Assembly (NCBI RefSeq): GCF_003247215.1
Contig: NZ_QKAP01000022.1
Span: 13,679-77,678 of the forward strand
DNA from: Malonomonas rubra
GTDB lineage: Bacteria; Desulfobacterota; Desulfuromonadia; Desulfuromonadales; Geopsychrobacteraceae
Direction of reading: 5' to 3'
Length of the DNA stretch: 64,000 bases
The notes beneath the pieces were generated by a model. That model was given only the letters and a program-made list of their open reading frames with translations, was not told the origin of the DNA and made no database searches. A program made the position numbers and the translations under genes. Below are positions 23,297 to 34,230 of the stretch, in pieces (positions within the stretch are counted from its first letter, which is position 1; each line of letters opens with the position of its first letter).

Positions 23297-23364
23297 CGGA
23301 GTCTCCACTGAAGTCACTTGCAAGCGATTATAAATGATCGTTGCGTGGATATTCTAGCGGTGCA

Positions 23365-23398
23365 CAAAAAAAGGCTCCGCAGTTTCCTACGGAGCCTT
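23365..23398 (-). terminator. cspA terminator
   Basis: The minus strand reads AAGGCTCCG-tagga aactg-CGGAGCCTT followed by TTTTTTTG. Confidence 0.85.
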
Positions 23399-23422
23399 GT
23401 ATCGCTAAACTGTCAAGCGATT

Positions 23423-23623
23423 TTAGAGCTTAGCAACGTTGCTAGCCTGAGGGCCCTTCTGGCCATCAACAACGTCGAAGCTGACGCGTTGGCCTTCAGC
23501 CAGGGATTTGAATCCATCACCGCTGATCGCTGAGAAGTGGACGAAAACGTCAGGACCATTGTCCTGCTCGATGAAGCCAAAACCCTTAGAATCGTTGAAC
23601 CACTTGACGGTACCTTCTGCCAT
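23423..23623 (-). CDS. cspA: cold-shock protein (CspA family)
   Basis: 66 aa: [33 protein letters not shown], carrying the RNP1 and RNP2 motifs. Confidence 0.97.
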   Translation of the reverse strand: MAEGTVKWFNDSKGFGFIEQDNGPDVFVHFSAISGDGFKSLAEGQRVSFDVVDGQKGPQASNVAKL

Positions 23624-23977
23624 CTTCTTTTCTCCTTACTTGCTCCCACCATGGGATTGTGTTGTGGCGCAGACTTTCTGCAACCCATCTAAAAAACCGC
23701 CCAGTCCTTATGGTCTGTGCGGCTTCTTTTCTGACTTGTCAGTATAAAATCTACACAAACTGAATCTGAGACAATAAAACGCTAGCACGGTCTATTCGCA
23801 AAAGCAAGCCATAACAGAATATTTTGAGTTTTTTTCAAAACGGCATTCCACTCAATCATTTCGGATAGTTACCAAACGGACGGCAAAAAAAACGGCTATC
23901 CAAACAAAAAAACAACGATTTATTCAGGCTAAAATGGATTATTTCTACGATACTTCGGGCATTGTCACGCGCTGTAT

Positions 23978-24736
23978 TCAATCAAAGGCAACGACAAAAC
24001 TGCCCGGATAACCACTACCAGAGAAGTCCAAGACAGCCTGCTCCGCGCGCTCCAGAGAACGATAATCACCCACCCGGACTCGATACATCTGCCGTCCGTT
24101 TACCAAGGCCGTCTGAACATCAGCTTTGCCATAACTGTTCCGCAGCTGAGCGGCCAGCCGGTAAGCATTGTCGCGCACCGAAAAAGCACCGACCTGCACC
24201 GCAAAGCTGCCGGCATCGTAACTGGTCGGCGGTCGGTAACTGATCGTCCCGCGATCGGTCTCTTTGTAACCAAGCGCCTGTACCTGCACCGGCGCGGTAC
24301 CGGCATCAGTTATCCCTAACTTATCTGCGGCGGCATAAGAGAGATCGATGATCCGCCCAGCGACAAAAGGGCCTCGATCGTTAACCCGCACAATGATTGA
24401 GCGACCGTTCTGCAGGCGAGTGACACGCACGTAGACTCCAAGCGGCAGAGTTTTGTGTGCTGCGGTCATGGCGTACATGTCATAGATTTCTCCGTTGCTG
24501 GTCTTGCGGCCATGGAATTTATCACCGTACCAACTGGCTATGCCACGCTGACTGAACCCCTGATGGTCGCGCAACGGATCGTAGCGCTGTCCATCGACCT
24601 CGTAAGGTTTCTCCCATCCTTTCAACTCGCGGGTTTCCCGAGTTTCGATGACGCGCGTGGTGTGCCCGCCGCCACAGCTGCTCAGCACCAGCACCAGCAG
24701 CAACAGGGCACAACAGTAAAAAAAACGAGACAACAT
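23978..24736 (-). CDS. rlpA: septal ring lytic transglycosylase RlpA (lipoprotein, DPBB plus SPOR domains)
   Basis: Lipobox [30 protein letters not shown] marks the DPBB domain. C-terminal SPOR-like FAVQVGAF...YRVRVG. Confidence 0.9.
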   Translation of the reverse strand: MLSRFFYCCALLLLVLVLSSCGGGHTTRVIETRETRELKGWEKPYEVDGQRYDPLRDHQGFSQRGIASWYGDKFHGRKTSNGEIYDMYAMTAAHKTLPLGVYVRVTRLQNGRSIIVRVNDRGPFVAGRIIDLSYAAADKLGITDAGTAPVQVQALGYKETDRGTISYRPPTSYDAGSFAVQVGAFSVRDNAYRLAAQLRNSYGKADVQTALVNGRQMYRVRVGDYRSLERAEQAVLDFSGSGYPGSFVVAFD

Positions 24737-24748
24737 ACGAAAACAGAT

Positions 24749-25708
24749 CTACTTCGGTTCTTCAATCTCTGACATTGCCCGGAAACGCTGGTAGCGCTGT
24801 TCGATCAACTCTTCGGGGGACATAGCCTCCAGCTCGGCAAGATGCTTGAGCAGATATTCCTTGAGGGTCGTCGCGGCCTGGTGATGATCCTGATGGGCAC
24901 CGCCGAGCGGCTCCGGCACAACATCATCGATTACGGTGCCAAGGCTGTCGACATCCTGTGCCGTCAGCTTCAGCGCCTCTGCAGCCTGCGGCCCTTTGGC
25001 GCCGTCGCTCCAGAGAATGGCGGCACAGCCCTCGGGAGAGATGACCGCATAAACCGAATATTGCATCATCAGCACCCGGTTACCGACGGCAATCGCCAGC
25101 GCACCACCGGAACCACCTTCCCCAGTCACGGTAACGATGATCGGCACTTTCAGCATCGCCATCTCGCGCAAATTGCGGGCGATAGCCTCGGCCTGTCCGC
25201 GCTCCTCTGCACCGATTCCGGGGAACGCTCCAGGAGTGTCGACAAAGGTGAAGATCGGCAACCCGAACTGATCGGCCATCTGCATCACCCGCAGGGCCTT
25301 GCGATAACCTTCCGGGTTCGGCATACCGAAATTCCGATGCACCTTCTCCTTGGTGTTGCGCCCTTTCTGATGACCGATGACGCAGCAAGGCTTGCCGTCG
25401 AGCCGCGCAAAGCCGCAGACCAACGCTGGATCGTCACGGAAGTTCCGATCGCCATGCACTTCAAAAAAATCGGTGAAAACATGTTCGATGTAATCGAGAG
25501 TGTAAGGACGGTTGGCATGCCGGGCCAACTGAGTACGCTGCCAGCGACTCAGCTTGGAGTAGATCTCCAGCTTCAATTTTTCCGCTTTCTTTTCCAATTT
25601 CTGGATATCGGAGGAAAAATCGACGCTGTCGGTCGAATAATCGCGCAATTCACCGATCTTAGTTTCGAGTTCGGCGATCGGCTTTTCAAAATCGAGATAT
25701 TGATTCAT
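24749..25708 (-). CDS. accA: acetyl-CoA carboxylase carboxyltransferase alpha subunit
   Basis: 319 aa starting [15 protein letters not shown], with [23 protein letters not shown]. Confidence 0.97.
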   Translation of the reverse strand: MNQYLDFEKPIAELETKIGELRDYSTDSVDFSSDIQKLEKKAEKLKLEIYSKLSRWQRTQLARHANRPYTLDYIEHVFTDFFEVHGDRNFRDDPALVCGFARLDGKPCCVIGHQKGRNTKEKVHRNFGMPNPEGYRKALRVMQMADQFGLPIFTFVDTPGAFPGIGAEERGQAEAIARNLREMAMLKVPIIVTVTGEGGSGGALAIAVGNRVLMMQYSVYAVISPEGCAAILWSDGAKGPQAAEALKLTAQDVDSLGTVIDDVVPEPLGGAHQDHHQAATTLKEYLLKHLAELEAMSPEELIEQRYQRFRAMSEIEEPK

Positions 25709-25760
25709 TATTTTACTCCCTGTCCATCAGCGGACATTGACATTCGGCAAAGGCCGAAAA

Positions 25761-28700
25761 CTATTCAAACTTCATAACGTTGTAGCCGAACAACTGTTCA
25801 GCGTCGGCCATCGCTTCATCCGAGGCAGCCATCTTCAAGCTTTCCGGCAGACAGATGGTAGTTTCGCTACGATTCGGGATCACCACGTGCAACTTGACCT
25901 TACACGCTCCCCGATACTTCTGCATGATCCCCTTCAGCTGCCGTAACTGCATTTCATCGAGTCCGGGAGTAGTCAACCGAATATGGATACATTCGGTCAT
26001 CGTCTCCTTGACGTCGCTCAGCAACTGCACTTCGTTGGCGAGCATTTTACAGGATTCCTCACCAACATCAAGTTCACCGCTAACCAACAGCGGATCCTCC
26101 CCCTTAAGCAGCTCCATCGAAGCGGCATAGGTTTCCGGAAAAACCACCATTTCGACTGAACCGCTCAGATCCTCCAGGGTGACAAACGCCATCCGTTCGC
26201 CCTTCTTGGTCATCAGTTCCTTGATTCCGGAGACGATCCCGGCAACCCGCACTTGTTCCTTATCACTACGCTCGACCAACGCCGCCGTTTCACAGGTGGC
26301 AAAACGCTTGATCGACTCGCTGTAACGGTCCAACGGGTGACCGGTAACGTAGAAGCCTAGAGCCTCCTTCTCATAACCGAGCAGGGTCTTTTCATCCCAC
26401 TCCTCAACATCGGGCAATTCGCCATAGCCGTTGCCGCCGGTCGAAACGATCTCGTTGCTGCCGAACAGCGAGTCCTGTCCCGATTCGCGTTCCCTCTGCA
26501 AACGCTGACCGATCTCCATCGCTTCTTCCAGAGCCGCCATAAACTGGGCGCGTTTACCACCCAGAGAATCGAAGGCCCCGCATTTGATCAGCGCCTCACC
26601 GACCTTCTTATTGACTTTGCGCAGGTCGACCCGCTCACAAAAATCCTGCAACGAACTGAAAGGCTTATTCTTTTTCACCTCAAGGATCGAATCGAGAGCT
26701 GAAGCACCGACCCCTTTGACCGCACCGAGTCCGAAGCGCATCGACTCGGCGTCCACGGTAAAAGAGCGGTCGGAAGCGTTGATGTCGGGGGGATGCACCT
26801 CGATCCCCATTGCCCGCACATCGGCGACATTCTTGATGACCTTGTCGGTATTCTCCATATCCTCGGTCAGCAGCGCCGCCATAAACTCGACCGGGTAGTG
26901 GGTCTTCAGGTAGGCGGTGTGGTAGGAAACCAGGGCATAGGCTGCCGAGTGCGACTTGTTGAAGCCGTAGGCGGCGAATTTTTCCATCAGATCGAAAACT
27001 GCCTCAGATTTCTTCAGATCGAGCTGGTTCTCCTTGGCGCCGTCGAGGAAGATTTTCTTCTGTTTGGCCATCTCCTCTGGCTTTTTCTTACCCATCGCTC
27101 GGCGCAGCAGGTCAGCACCACCGAGGCTGTACCCACCAAGCACCTGGGCGATCAGCATGACCTGCTCCTGGTAGACGATAACTCCGTAGGTATCTTTCAG
27201 GATCGGCTCGAGCTGCGGGAAGTCGTATTTGAACTCTTCCTGGCCATGCTTCCGTTTGATGAAGGAATCGACCATCCCCGAACCAAGTGGCCCCGGGCGG
27301 TAGAGGGCGACCATCGCAATCAGGTCTTCGAAGCAGCTCGGTTTGAGTTTGACCAGGTACTCCTTCATTCCCGAGGATTCGAGCTGAAAGACACCGGTGG
27401 TCTCGCCACGGGAGAGCAGCTCGTAAGTCTTCTTATCGTCATCCCGCACCATCTTAAGATCGAAATTCGGGTCCTTCCCCTCGCGGATCAACCGCACCGC
27501 GTTCTCGATAACGGTCAGGGTTTTCAGGCCCAAAAAGTCGAACTTGACCAGACCAATCTTCTCGACATAGCTCATCGGGTACTGGGTAACCTGGCCGCCC
27601 GACTTGGGATCGACATAGAGCGGCAGGTATTCCGACAGCGGCTTCGGCGTAACAACCACCCCGGCCGCGTGGGTCGATGCATGACGGGTCAACCCCTCAA
27701 GCGCCAAGGCAATCTTTACCAGTTCACCGACCTTCTTATCCTTTTCAATCAGCTCCTTGAGCTTCGGCTCCTGCTCGATCGCCTGTTTCAGGGTGATACC
27801 GAGCACACCAGGAACCAACTTGGCTATCTTGTCGACTTCGCCGTAGGGGATATTCAACGCCCGACCAACATCGCGCAGCACCCCTTTGGCCAGCATGGTA
27901 CCGAAGGTAATGATCTGGGCTACGTTCTCATGGCCGTAGCGATCCCGCACATAGTCGATCACCCGCTCACGGCCATAGATACAGAAGTCGACGTCGATAT
28001 CCGGCATCGAGATCCGTTCCGGATTGAGGAACCGTTCGAACAGCAGGTTATAGGGGATCGGGTCGATATCGGTGATGCGGATGGCGAAGGCAACCAACGA
28101 GCCTGCTGCCGAGCCACGGCCGGGTCCGACCGGGATGTCGTGATCCTTACCCCAGTTGATGAAATCTGCAACGATCAGGAAATAGCCGGGAAAACCCATA
28201 CTTTTGATACAGGCCAGTTCTTCGGCCAAACGGTCGCGGTAAATTTGTACGTCCCCCTCAGTCAGTTCCCGCAACTTGCGTATCTCGTCGAGTCGTTCAT
28301 CCAAACCGGCCCAGCTCTGTTCTTCGAGTACTTCGTCAAGGCTCTTGTCAGCCGGTTTTTCGTACTGAGGGAAGTGGTAGGTATTGAAGTCGAGTTCCAG
28401 GTTACAACGCTCGGCGATCCTGACGGTGTTGGCAGTCGCTTCCGGATAGCCCTTGAACAACTCGATCATCTCGTCCGGCGTCTTGACATAAAACTCGTCG
28501 TTGCAGAACCGCATCCGGTTCGGATCGTCCATCGTCTTGCCAGTCTGAATACAGAGCAGCACTTCGTGAGCGAAAGCGTCCTCTTTGAGCAGATAGTGAC
28601 AATCGTTGGTCGCCACCAGCGGCAGGTTGAGTTCTTCGGCGATCGCCACCAGCCCCTTGTTCGCTTTGGCCTGCTCCGGCAGGTAGTTCTCCTGCAGTTC

Positions 28701-29231
28701 CAGATAGAAACGATTGTCGTCAAAAATCTGCGCCATCACCCGCGCCCGTTCCAACGCTTCGTCCGGCTGGTTCAGGTTGATCAGGGTCGGCAGCTCGCCC
28801 CCCAAACAAGCCGACAGGGCGATCAATCCCTCGTTATGTTTTTCCAGAATTTCCCAGTCGATGCGCGGTTTATAGTAGAAGCCTTCTCGGTAGGCCATCG
28901 AAATCAGGCGGCAGATATTCTGATAACCGGCCAGATTCATGCAAAGCAGCACCAAGTGGTAGGACGCCTCAGAGGACCCACGGGCGTTGCCTTTAGTGAA
29001 CCTTGAGCCGGGGGCGACATAGACTTCGCAGCCGACAATCGGCTTGATACCGGCTGCCATCGCCTTGTTGTAGAACTCGACCGCACCGAACATGTTGCCA
29101 TGATCGGTCACGGCGACCGCTGGCATTTTATATTCCTTGGCCCGGGCGACCAGTTCATCCAGCTTGATCGCCCCATCGAGGAGGCTGTATTGACTGTGCA
29201 GATGCAAATGAACGAATTCGGCGTGTTCCAT
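25761..29231 (-). CDS. dnaE: DNA polymerase III alpha subunit
   Basis: 1156 aa. PHP domain FVHLHLHSQYSLLDG, polymerase core, and C-terminal OB fold. Confidence 0.98.
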   Translation of the reverse strand: MEHAEFVHLHLHSQYSLLDGAIKLDELVARAKEYKMPAVAVTDHGNMFGAVEFYNKAMAAGIKPIVGCEVYVAPGSRFTKGNARGSSEASYHLVLLCMNLAGYQNICRLISMAYREGFYYKPRIDWEILEKHNEGLIALSACLGGELPTLINLNQPDEALERARVMAQIFDDNRFYLELQENYLPEQAKANKGLVAIAEELNLPLVATNDCHYLLKEDAFAHEVLLCIQTGKTMDDPNRMRFCNDEFYVKTPDEMIELFKGYPEATANTVRIAERCNLELDFNTYHFPQYEKPADKSLDEVLEEQSWAGLDERLDEIRKLRELTEGDVQIYRDRLAEELACIKSMGFPGYFLIVADFINWGKDHDIPVGPGRGSAAGSLVAFAIRITDIDPIPYNLLFERFLNPERISMPDIDVDFCIYGRERVIDYVRDRYGHENVAQIITFGTMLAKGVLRDVGRALNIPYGEVDKIAKLVPGVLGITLKQAIEQEPKLKELIEKDKKVGELVKIALALEGLTRHASTHAAGVVVTPKPLSEYLPLYVDPKSGGQVTQYPMSYVEKIGLVKFDFLGLKTLTVIENAVRLIREGKDPNFDLKMVRDDDKKTYELLSRGETTGVFQLESSGMKEYLVKLKPSCFEDLIAMVALYRPGPLGSGMVDSFIKRKHGQEEFKYDFPQLEPILKDTYGVIVYQEQVMLIAQVLGGYSLGGADLLRRAMGKKKPEEMAKQKKIFLDGAKENQLDLKKSEAVFDLMEKFAAYGFNKSHSAAYALVSYHTAYLKTHYPVEFMAALLTEDMENTDKVIKNVADVRAMGIEVHPPDINASDRSFTVDAESMRFGLGAVKGVGASALDSILEVKKNKPFSSLQDFCERVDLRKVNKKVGEALIKCGAFDSLGGKRAQFMAALEEAMEIGQRLQRERESGQDSLFGSNEIVSTGGNGYGELPDVEEWDEKTLLGYEKEALGFYVTGHPLDRYSESIKRFATCETAALVERSDKEQVRVAGIVSGIKELMTKKGERMAFVTLEDLSGSVEMVVFPETYAASMELLKGEDPLLVSGELDVGEESCKMLANEVQLLSDVKETMTECIHIRLTTPGLDEMQLRQLKGIMQKYRGACKVKLHVVIPNRSETTICLPESLKMAASDEAMADAEQLFGYNVMKFE

Positions 29232-29479
29232 AAATCCAGCAGAAAATCGGGGCTAAAAAATGAGAAAAACCGATCATCCGTAAGGCACTGATCGGTCGTA
29301 AAATTATCGGGCAAATCTACCACCGTTACAAACATATGGTCAACCGAAACCAGCCTTTTCCCGAGCAAGATTTTCGTATTTCTCCGCCGATAATTTTTAC
29401 CGACTGAAAATCGATCAGTAAACCGCTATACTGGGCAGGAAAAGTTCCACTTAATCATTCACCCGGACAGGATCGGCAG

Positions 29480-30343
29480 ATGACCGCAGAAGAGATTATC
29501 AAAAGTGTCAGCCGATTAGTTTCCCTCCCCGATGCTGTCATGCGCGCAAGTCATCTGCTCGACTCTCCTGACACCAACATTGCAGATATTGGTGAAGTGA
29601 TTGCTCATGACCCGGCCCTTTCGGCCCGCTTGCTGAAACTGGTCAACAGTGCCTTTTATCATTTTCCCGGTCAGATCGGCACCCTCTCCCGGGCGATCAC
29701 CCTGATCGGCTTTGATGAACTGCGCTCCCTGCTGGTCGCATCCGCATCTGCGCAATGCTTCAACCAGCTCGCTCCGGAATCGATCGACATGAACAGCTTC
29801 TGGAAACGCAGTGTTTACTGTGGGCTGGTTGCGCAAAAGCTGGCCTCGTTGCTGCAGGATAATAACGGAGAATCGATGTTCCTGACCGGCCTGTTGCATG
29901 ACATCGGCCATTTGATCCTGCTGACAAGCCTGCCGGAACAAAGTCAAAAAATAGTTGAACGGGCCGGAAAAACAGGACAACGTATGGCGGAGATAGAAAC
30001 CGAACTGCTTGGTTTCAACGCCCCTCAACTGGGAGCGTTGCTACTCGAGAACTGGCAGCTGCCGAAAAAACTGTGGGAACCGGTCGGTTGCCAACTACAG
30101 CCGGAAAACGCAACCGAGTACCCACAGCAGAGCAAGTTATTACATCTCGCCCTCGCCATCACCGATTGCGTTGAGCCGGAGCTGAAAACCGAAAAAAAAA
30201 CACCCCTGGAAGGTTTGCGGCGGGTATCTTTCCAAGATTTCGATCTGACCATCGAACAACTGGAGATGCTCGCCATCGACGCCAGCTTGGAAAGCTTCGA
30301 GGTGCTGTCGATCATCAATCCGCAGGTGACGATGATTTTCTGA
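29480..30343 (+). CDS. HDOD domain signalling protein
   Basis: 287 aa with LPDAVMRASHLLDSP, LLKLVNSAFY and GLLHDIGHLIL motifs. Confidence 0.8.
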   Translation: MTAEEIIKSVSRLVSLPDAVMRASHLLDSPDTNIADIGEVIAHDPALSARLLKLVNSAFYHFPGQIGTLSRAITLIGFDELRSLLVASASAQCFNQLAPESIDMNSFWKRSVYCGLVAQKLASLLQDNNGESMFLTGLLHDIGHLILLTSLPEQSQKIVERAGKTGQRMAEIETELLGFNAPQLGALLLENWQLPKKLWEPVGCQLQPENATEYPQQSKLLHLALAITDCVEPELKTEKKTPLEGLRRVSFQDFDLTIEQLEMLAIDASLESFEVLSIINPQVTMIF

Positions 30344-30361
30344 TTTTCTTCTTAGCGAAAT

Positions 30362-30985
30362 CTACTTGCCTCTTTTAAGTTCCTTGAACATTTTCAACCG
30401 ATAATAAGCTTCCCGCTCCCGCTCGGCCAGGTAATGGGAAATCTCGCGGATTTCCGCGTGCAGTCCCGGCAAGATCCTTTCTTCCAGCACCCGGATGCGC
30501 CGGGTGATCCGCAGCAGCTCTTCACCGAGTCGACGGAACATTCCCTCGTAGCGGGCCATGGCCAACATCTCTTCAATGATGGTTTCAAACAGCTGCAGCG
30601 CCTCGTCCAGATGAGCGCTGGCAGCTGGATAATCGTAATCCCGCTCTTCGAGCGAGCGGCTGGCCGACTCGGCCTGCTGCAAATCCCGATAACGCAGGCC
30701 GAGGATGTTCATATCGACCAACTTCACCCCTAGGTGCCGCTGGCTGATCAGGGCCAGCGATGCGATGTAGTCCTCTCCTTCCAGGCCTAGACTGGTCTGC
30801 AGTTCGACAATGCCCTTGCTATAGTGGCTGCGGGTTTCTTCTCGCGAAGCGATCAAAGGCCGACCGACCTCGAGAAATTTCTTGATCAGCGCCTGACGCC
30901 GCCCTTTGAGGATCCCGGTGCAATTGATCACCGCATGGCGCCGGTCCTTGAGCAGCAGTAGATTGCTTCGAGTTGCCTGAATCAT
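30362..30985 (-). CDS. atpD: V/A-type ATPase subunit D
   Basis: 207 aa with TRSNLLLLKDR and RRIRVLEERILP motifs. Last gene of the operon. Confidence 0.85.
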   Translation of the reverse strand: MIQATRSNLLLLKDRRHAVINCTGILKGRRQALIKKFLEVGRPLIASREETRSHYSKGIVELQTSLGLEGEDYIASLALISQRHLGVKLVDMNILGLRYRDLQQAESASRSLEERDYDYPAASAHLDEALQLFETIIEEMLAMARYEGMFRRLGEELLRITRRIRVLEERILPGLHAEIREISHYLAEREREAYYRLKMFKELKRGK

Positions 30986-32313
30986 GGCAGTTTCACCCCA
31001 TACTCGCCGAGCAGCTTCAGACCGATATCGAGGGTCTGGTTGATATCGCGCCGCTCGTTGCCCTGATGGACAAAGCTCCGTTCGAAGTTATCTGCCATCT
31101 CAAGGATTTTCTGATCCTCCTCTAACAACCCATCCTTGCCGACCACCGCCTCCAGTTTCCGCAGATCGCGCCCTTTGGCATAATACTGATAAAGCAGGTT
31201 GGCGATCTGTCGGTGATCGGCGCGGGTCTGCCCTTCACCGATGCCGTGCTGCATCAACCGGGATAGACAGGGCAATACATCAATCGGTGGAAACAGCTCT
31301 TTTTGCTGCATTTCACGCGACAACACGATCTGCCCCTCGGTGATGTAGCCGGTCAGATCGGGGATCGGATGGGTGATATCGTCCTCCGGCATGGTCAACA
31401 CCGGCAACAGGGTGACCGAACCTTTTCTATCCCGCAGCCTCCCGGCCCGTTCGTAAAGGGACGCCAGATCGGAATACATGTAGCCCGGATAACCGCGTCT
31501 CCCCGGCAGCTCTTCGCGGGCGGTGGAAATCTCGCGCAAGGCGTCGCAGTAATTGGTCATGTCGGAGACCAGCACCAATACATCCATCTGATGATTAAAG
31601 GCCAGATCCTCGGCTACCGTCAGTCCCAGCCGCGGCGCCTGCAGCCGCTCCACCACCGGCTCACCGGCAAGGTTGAAAAAGGCGACGAAACGGCTGGACA
31701 TCTCTTCCAACGTGCGCCGGTAAAAATCGTATTCGTGGTAGGTCAGACCGAGGGCGACAAACACTACGACGAACTCGCCCGCCCCTGGCAAACGGGCTTG
31801 GGCGAGAATCTGTGCCACCAGTTCCTGAGCCGGCAACCCGGCGCAGGAGAAGATTGGCAGTTTCTGCCCCTTGATCAGACTGTTCAGCCCGTCGATGGCG
31901 GAGATGCCGGTCTCAATCATCTCGCGCGGGTATTCCCTGCTGACCGGATTGATCGGCGCGCCGGAAATTGCTCCCCAACGCTCAGGAATAAACATCGGCG
32001 CGCCATCGATCGGCCGAAACGACCCATTAAAGATTCGCCCCAAACAGTGCCGAGACAGGGGCGCCCGCTTGACGATATCGTGAAAAGTAACACTGGTCTG
32101 CTCTAGATCGAGTCCATAGGTTTCACCGAACACCTGAATCAACACCTGTTCGGTGTCGATCTTCAGCACCTCACCCTCCAGCGTCTGACCGTCCGGGGCT
32201 AGCAGCGTCACGGTTTCGCCGATGCGGGCTTCGAAAACCCGTTCGACGAACACCAATGGCCCGCGAATGGCACAAATCGATCGGTAACAGTGCTCAGCCA
32301 GCCGCATCACCAT
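30982..32313 (-). CDS. atpB: V/A-type ATPase subunit B
   Basis: 443-aa alpha/beta-ATPase fold without a canonical P-loop. Contains RRGYPGYMYSDLASLYERAG. Overlaps the 3' end of the A subunit gene; an alternative ATG is at 32307. Confidence 0.92.
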   Translation of the reverse strand: MVMRLAEHCYRSICAIRGPLVFVERVFEARIGETVTLLAPDGQTLEGEVLKIDTEQVLIQVFGETYGLDLEQTSVTFHDIVKRAPLSRHCLGRIFNGSFRPIDGAPMFIPERWGAISGAPINPVSREYPREMIETGISAIDGLNSLIKGQKLPIFSCAGLPAQELVAQILAQARLPGAGEFVVVFVALGLTYHEYDFYRRTLEEMSSRFVAFFNLAGEPVVERLQAPRLGLTVAEDLAFNHQMDVLVLVSDMTNYCDALREISTAREELPGRRGYPGYMYSDLASLYERAGRLRDRKGSVTLLPVLTMPEDDITHPIPDLTGYITEGQIVLSREMQQKELFPPIDVLPCLSRLMQHGIGEGQTRADHRQIANLLYQYYAKGRDLRKLEAVVGKDGLLEEDQKILEMADNFERSFVHQGNERRDINQTLDIGLKLLGEYGVKLP

Positions 32314-33919
32314 CTCCCCGCAGAATATCTGCCAGTGCTTCGCCCTCAGCCAATCTTTTCTCGGCTTGGCGGTAGTTATTGATGATCCCGGCGATCCGCT
32401 CCAGCGTCTGTTGCGGCGACGAAAAAGCGTCGTCCGAGAAGCTGTTCTGACAGAGGAAATCGCGCCGTACCCGCTCAGCGGTAAACATCAACAACCGATC
32501 CCGGTCTTGCAGTCCTTCCATGCCGACCACCTCGACCACCTCACGCAATGATTCCTCCTGCTGCAGAATCGCTCGGCAAGCGGTCTGCAGTTCCGTCCAG
32601 CGTGGCTCGACCTGCTGGCGGAAATATTTCGCGGCCCTACTGGCAAAGAGAGAATAGCTCTGCGACCAGTTGATGGCCGGGAAATGTCGACTGTGTGCCA
32701 GCACCGTGTCGAGCATATAAAACGCCCCGGCGGCACGCAGACAGGACTGGGTGACTGGTTCGGAGAAATCGGCCCCCGGCGGAGAAACAGCCAGGATCAT
32801 GCTGAGCGAACCGAGCTTACCCTCGGCGGTTTCGACCACCCCGGCCCGTTCGATGAATTTTGCCAAGCGGGAGCTCAAGTAGGTCGGGTATCCCTCTTCA
32901 CCGGGGATCTCCTCCAGCGAAGAGGAGATCTCGCGCAATGCCTCGGCCCAACGAGACAGGCTGTCGGCCAGCAGCAGCACATCGTAGCCCATGTCGCGGT
33001 AATACTCGGCCATGGTCACCGCGGTAAAAATGGAGGATTCCCGCGCCGCGACCGGCATATTGGAGGTGTTGACGACGACGATGGTCCTTTCCAGCAAAGG
33101 CCGTCCGGCAGTGTCCTGCAATTCGCCGAACTCGCTGAGCAGACCGGCCATCTCATTGCCCCGTTCACCGCAGCCGACATAAACCACCACATCAACATCG
33201 GCAAACTTGGCGATCGACTGTTCGAGGACCGTCTTGCCGGTGCCGAAGCCGCCAGGGACGACCGCCACGCTCCCCTTCATCATCGGAAACAGAAAATCGA
33301 TGCAGCGTTGCCCTGTAATCAGCGGCTGTTCAGCCGACCGCTTATGACCTCCGAAGCGGGGATGTCGAACCGACCAGTTCTCCCAGGCGTACTGCTGTTG
33401 CCCGCCACGGAAGGTGACCAGTTTAGATTCCAAGCGCAGCGGACCATCGACAATCTGTTCTATTTCACCAGCCTGAGTCGCATAAATCGGATGCCGCAAA
33501 TGTCCCTCCGAAATACAGCCCAACCGGTCGCCGATGGCCACTGAGTCACCCGGCTGTTTCTCGGCGGCAAAGTGCCATTGCTGCTGCAGGTCGAGCGAAG
33601 AGACATCATGGGTTTCCTGGATAAAGTCGCCACTGCGCCGCTGCAACGCGGGCAACGGCCGCTGCAAACCGTCAAATATGCCTCCGAGCAGTCCCGGACC
33701 GAGCATCACCGTCAGCGGCGCCCGAGTCCCCTCGGCCGGTTCACCGACACTCAGTCCGTGGGTGTCTTCGAACACCTGCACGGTAGTGGAGTCCTTTTCC
33801 AAATGCACCACTTCACCGGAAAGCCGGGCATGACCGATATATACCCGGTCATAAAGCTGCAAACCACGGATATCAACACTAACCGTCGCCCCGGAAATGC
33901 TGGTCACGACACCCTTCAT
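32294..33919 (-). CDS. atpA: V/A-type ATPase catalytic subunit A
   Basis: 541 aa with Walker A GGFGTGKT, GERGNEM and EGYPTYLSSRLAKFIERAG motifs. Confidence 0.92.
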   Translation of the reverse strand: MKGVVTSISGATVSVDIRGLQLYDRVYIGHARLSGEVVHLEKDSTTVQVFEDTHGLSVGEPAEGTRAPLTVMLGPGLLGGIFDGLQRPLPALQRRSGDFIQETHDVSSLDLQQQWHFAAEKQPGDSVAIGDRLGCISEGHLRHPIYATQAGEIEQIVDGPLRLESKLVTFRGGQQQYAWENWSVRHPRFGGHKRSAEQPLITGQRCIDFLFPMMKGSVAVVPGGFGTGKTVLEQSIAKFADVDVVVYVGCGERGNEMAGLLSEFGELQDTAGRPLLERTIVVVNTSNMPVAARESSIFTAVTMAEYYRDMGYDVLLLADSLSRWAEALREISSSLEEIPGEEGYPTYLSSRLAKFIERAGVVETAEGKLGSLSMILAVSPPGADFSEPVTQSCLRAAGAFYMLDTVLAHSRHFPAINWSQSYSLFASRAAKYFRQQVEPRWTELQTACRAILQQEESLREVVEVVGMEGLQDRDRLLMFTAERVRRDFLCQNSFSDDAFSSPQQTLERIAGIINNYRQAEKRLAEGEALADILRGDGDAAG

Positions 33920-34230
33920 ATCTGCAACCTCACATGGTAACCGAGCGCCCGCCGGATCATGCGCTGCAGGGCATCTTCTTCACCGATTTGTTCCGGAGCC
34001 GGCAGAGTGACCAACAACCCATGCCAGGCTGATTCCAGCTCGGCAAAGCGTTTTTCCCCGATCGCATTGACCAGGCGTTCATCGACCACCAGTACGCTAA
34101 CATCCCGGTCGGCCATCGCTTCGCGCAATTGATGTTCCGCTTGGGCGAGCGGTATCGTCAGCTGCCGTGAACCGGCCAGACTGAACCCGTAGCGAGCATC
34201 TTTCGGGGTCAAAAACAAGACTTCGCTCAT
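33916..34230 (-). CDS. atpF: V/A-type ATPase subunit F
   Basis: 104 aa. Assigned by position between the C and A genes. ATGA overlaps on both sides. Confidence 0.7.
   Translation of the reverse strand: MSEVLFLTPKDARYGFSLAGSRQLTIPLAQAEHQLREAMADRDVSVLVVDERLVNAIGEKRFAELESAWHGLLVTLPAPEQIGEEDALQRMIRRALGYHVRLQI

Noticed and set aside
23624-23977. The 354-bp AT-rich spacer upstream of cspA as a possible independent sRNA or mobile remnant.
   Set aside because: Long structured 5' UTRs are normal for cold-shock genes. I saw no ORF, repeat or terminator defining a separate unit. It most likely holds the cspA promoter and leader plus the rlpA 3' end.
26793-29006. 737-aa plus-strand ORF. Similar long antisense ORFs occur at 3037-4038, 4174-4926, 7743-8957, 24842-25777, 31303-32106, 32684-33544, 56527-57426 and 58054-59082.
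   Set aside because: Each lies entirely antisense to a highly conserved, confidently identified gene (dnaE, tsf, rpsB, ahcY, accA, V-ATPase B/A, guaB, prfB). Their products are low-complexity and rich in R/G/Q/H/L with no recognisable motifs. These are typical shadow ORFs of GC-rich coding DNA.
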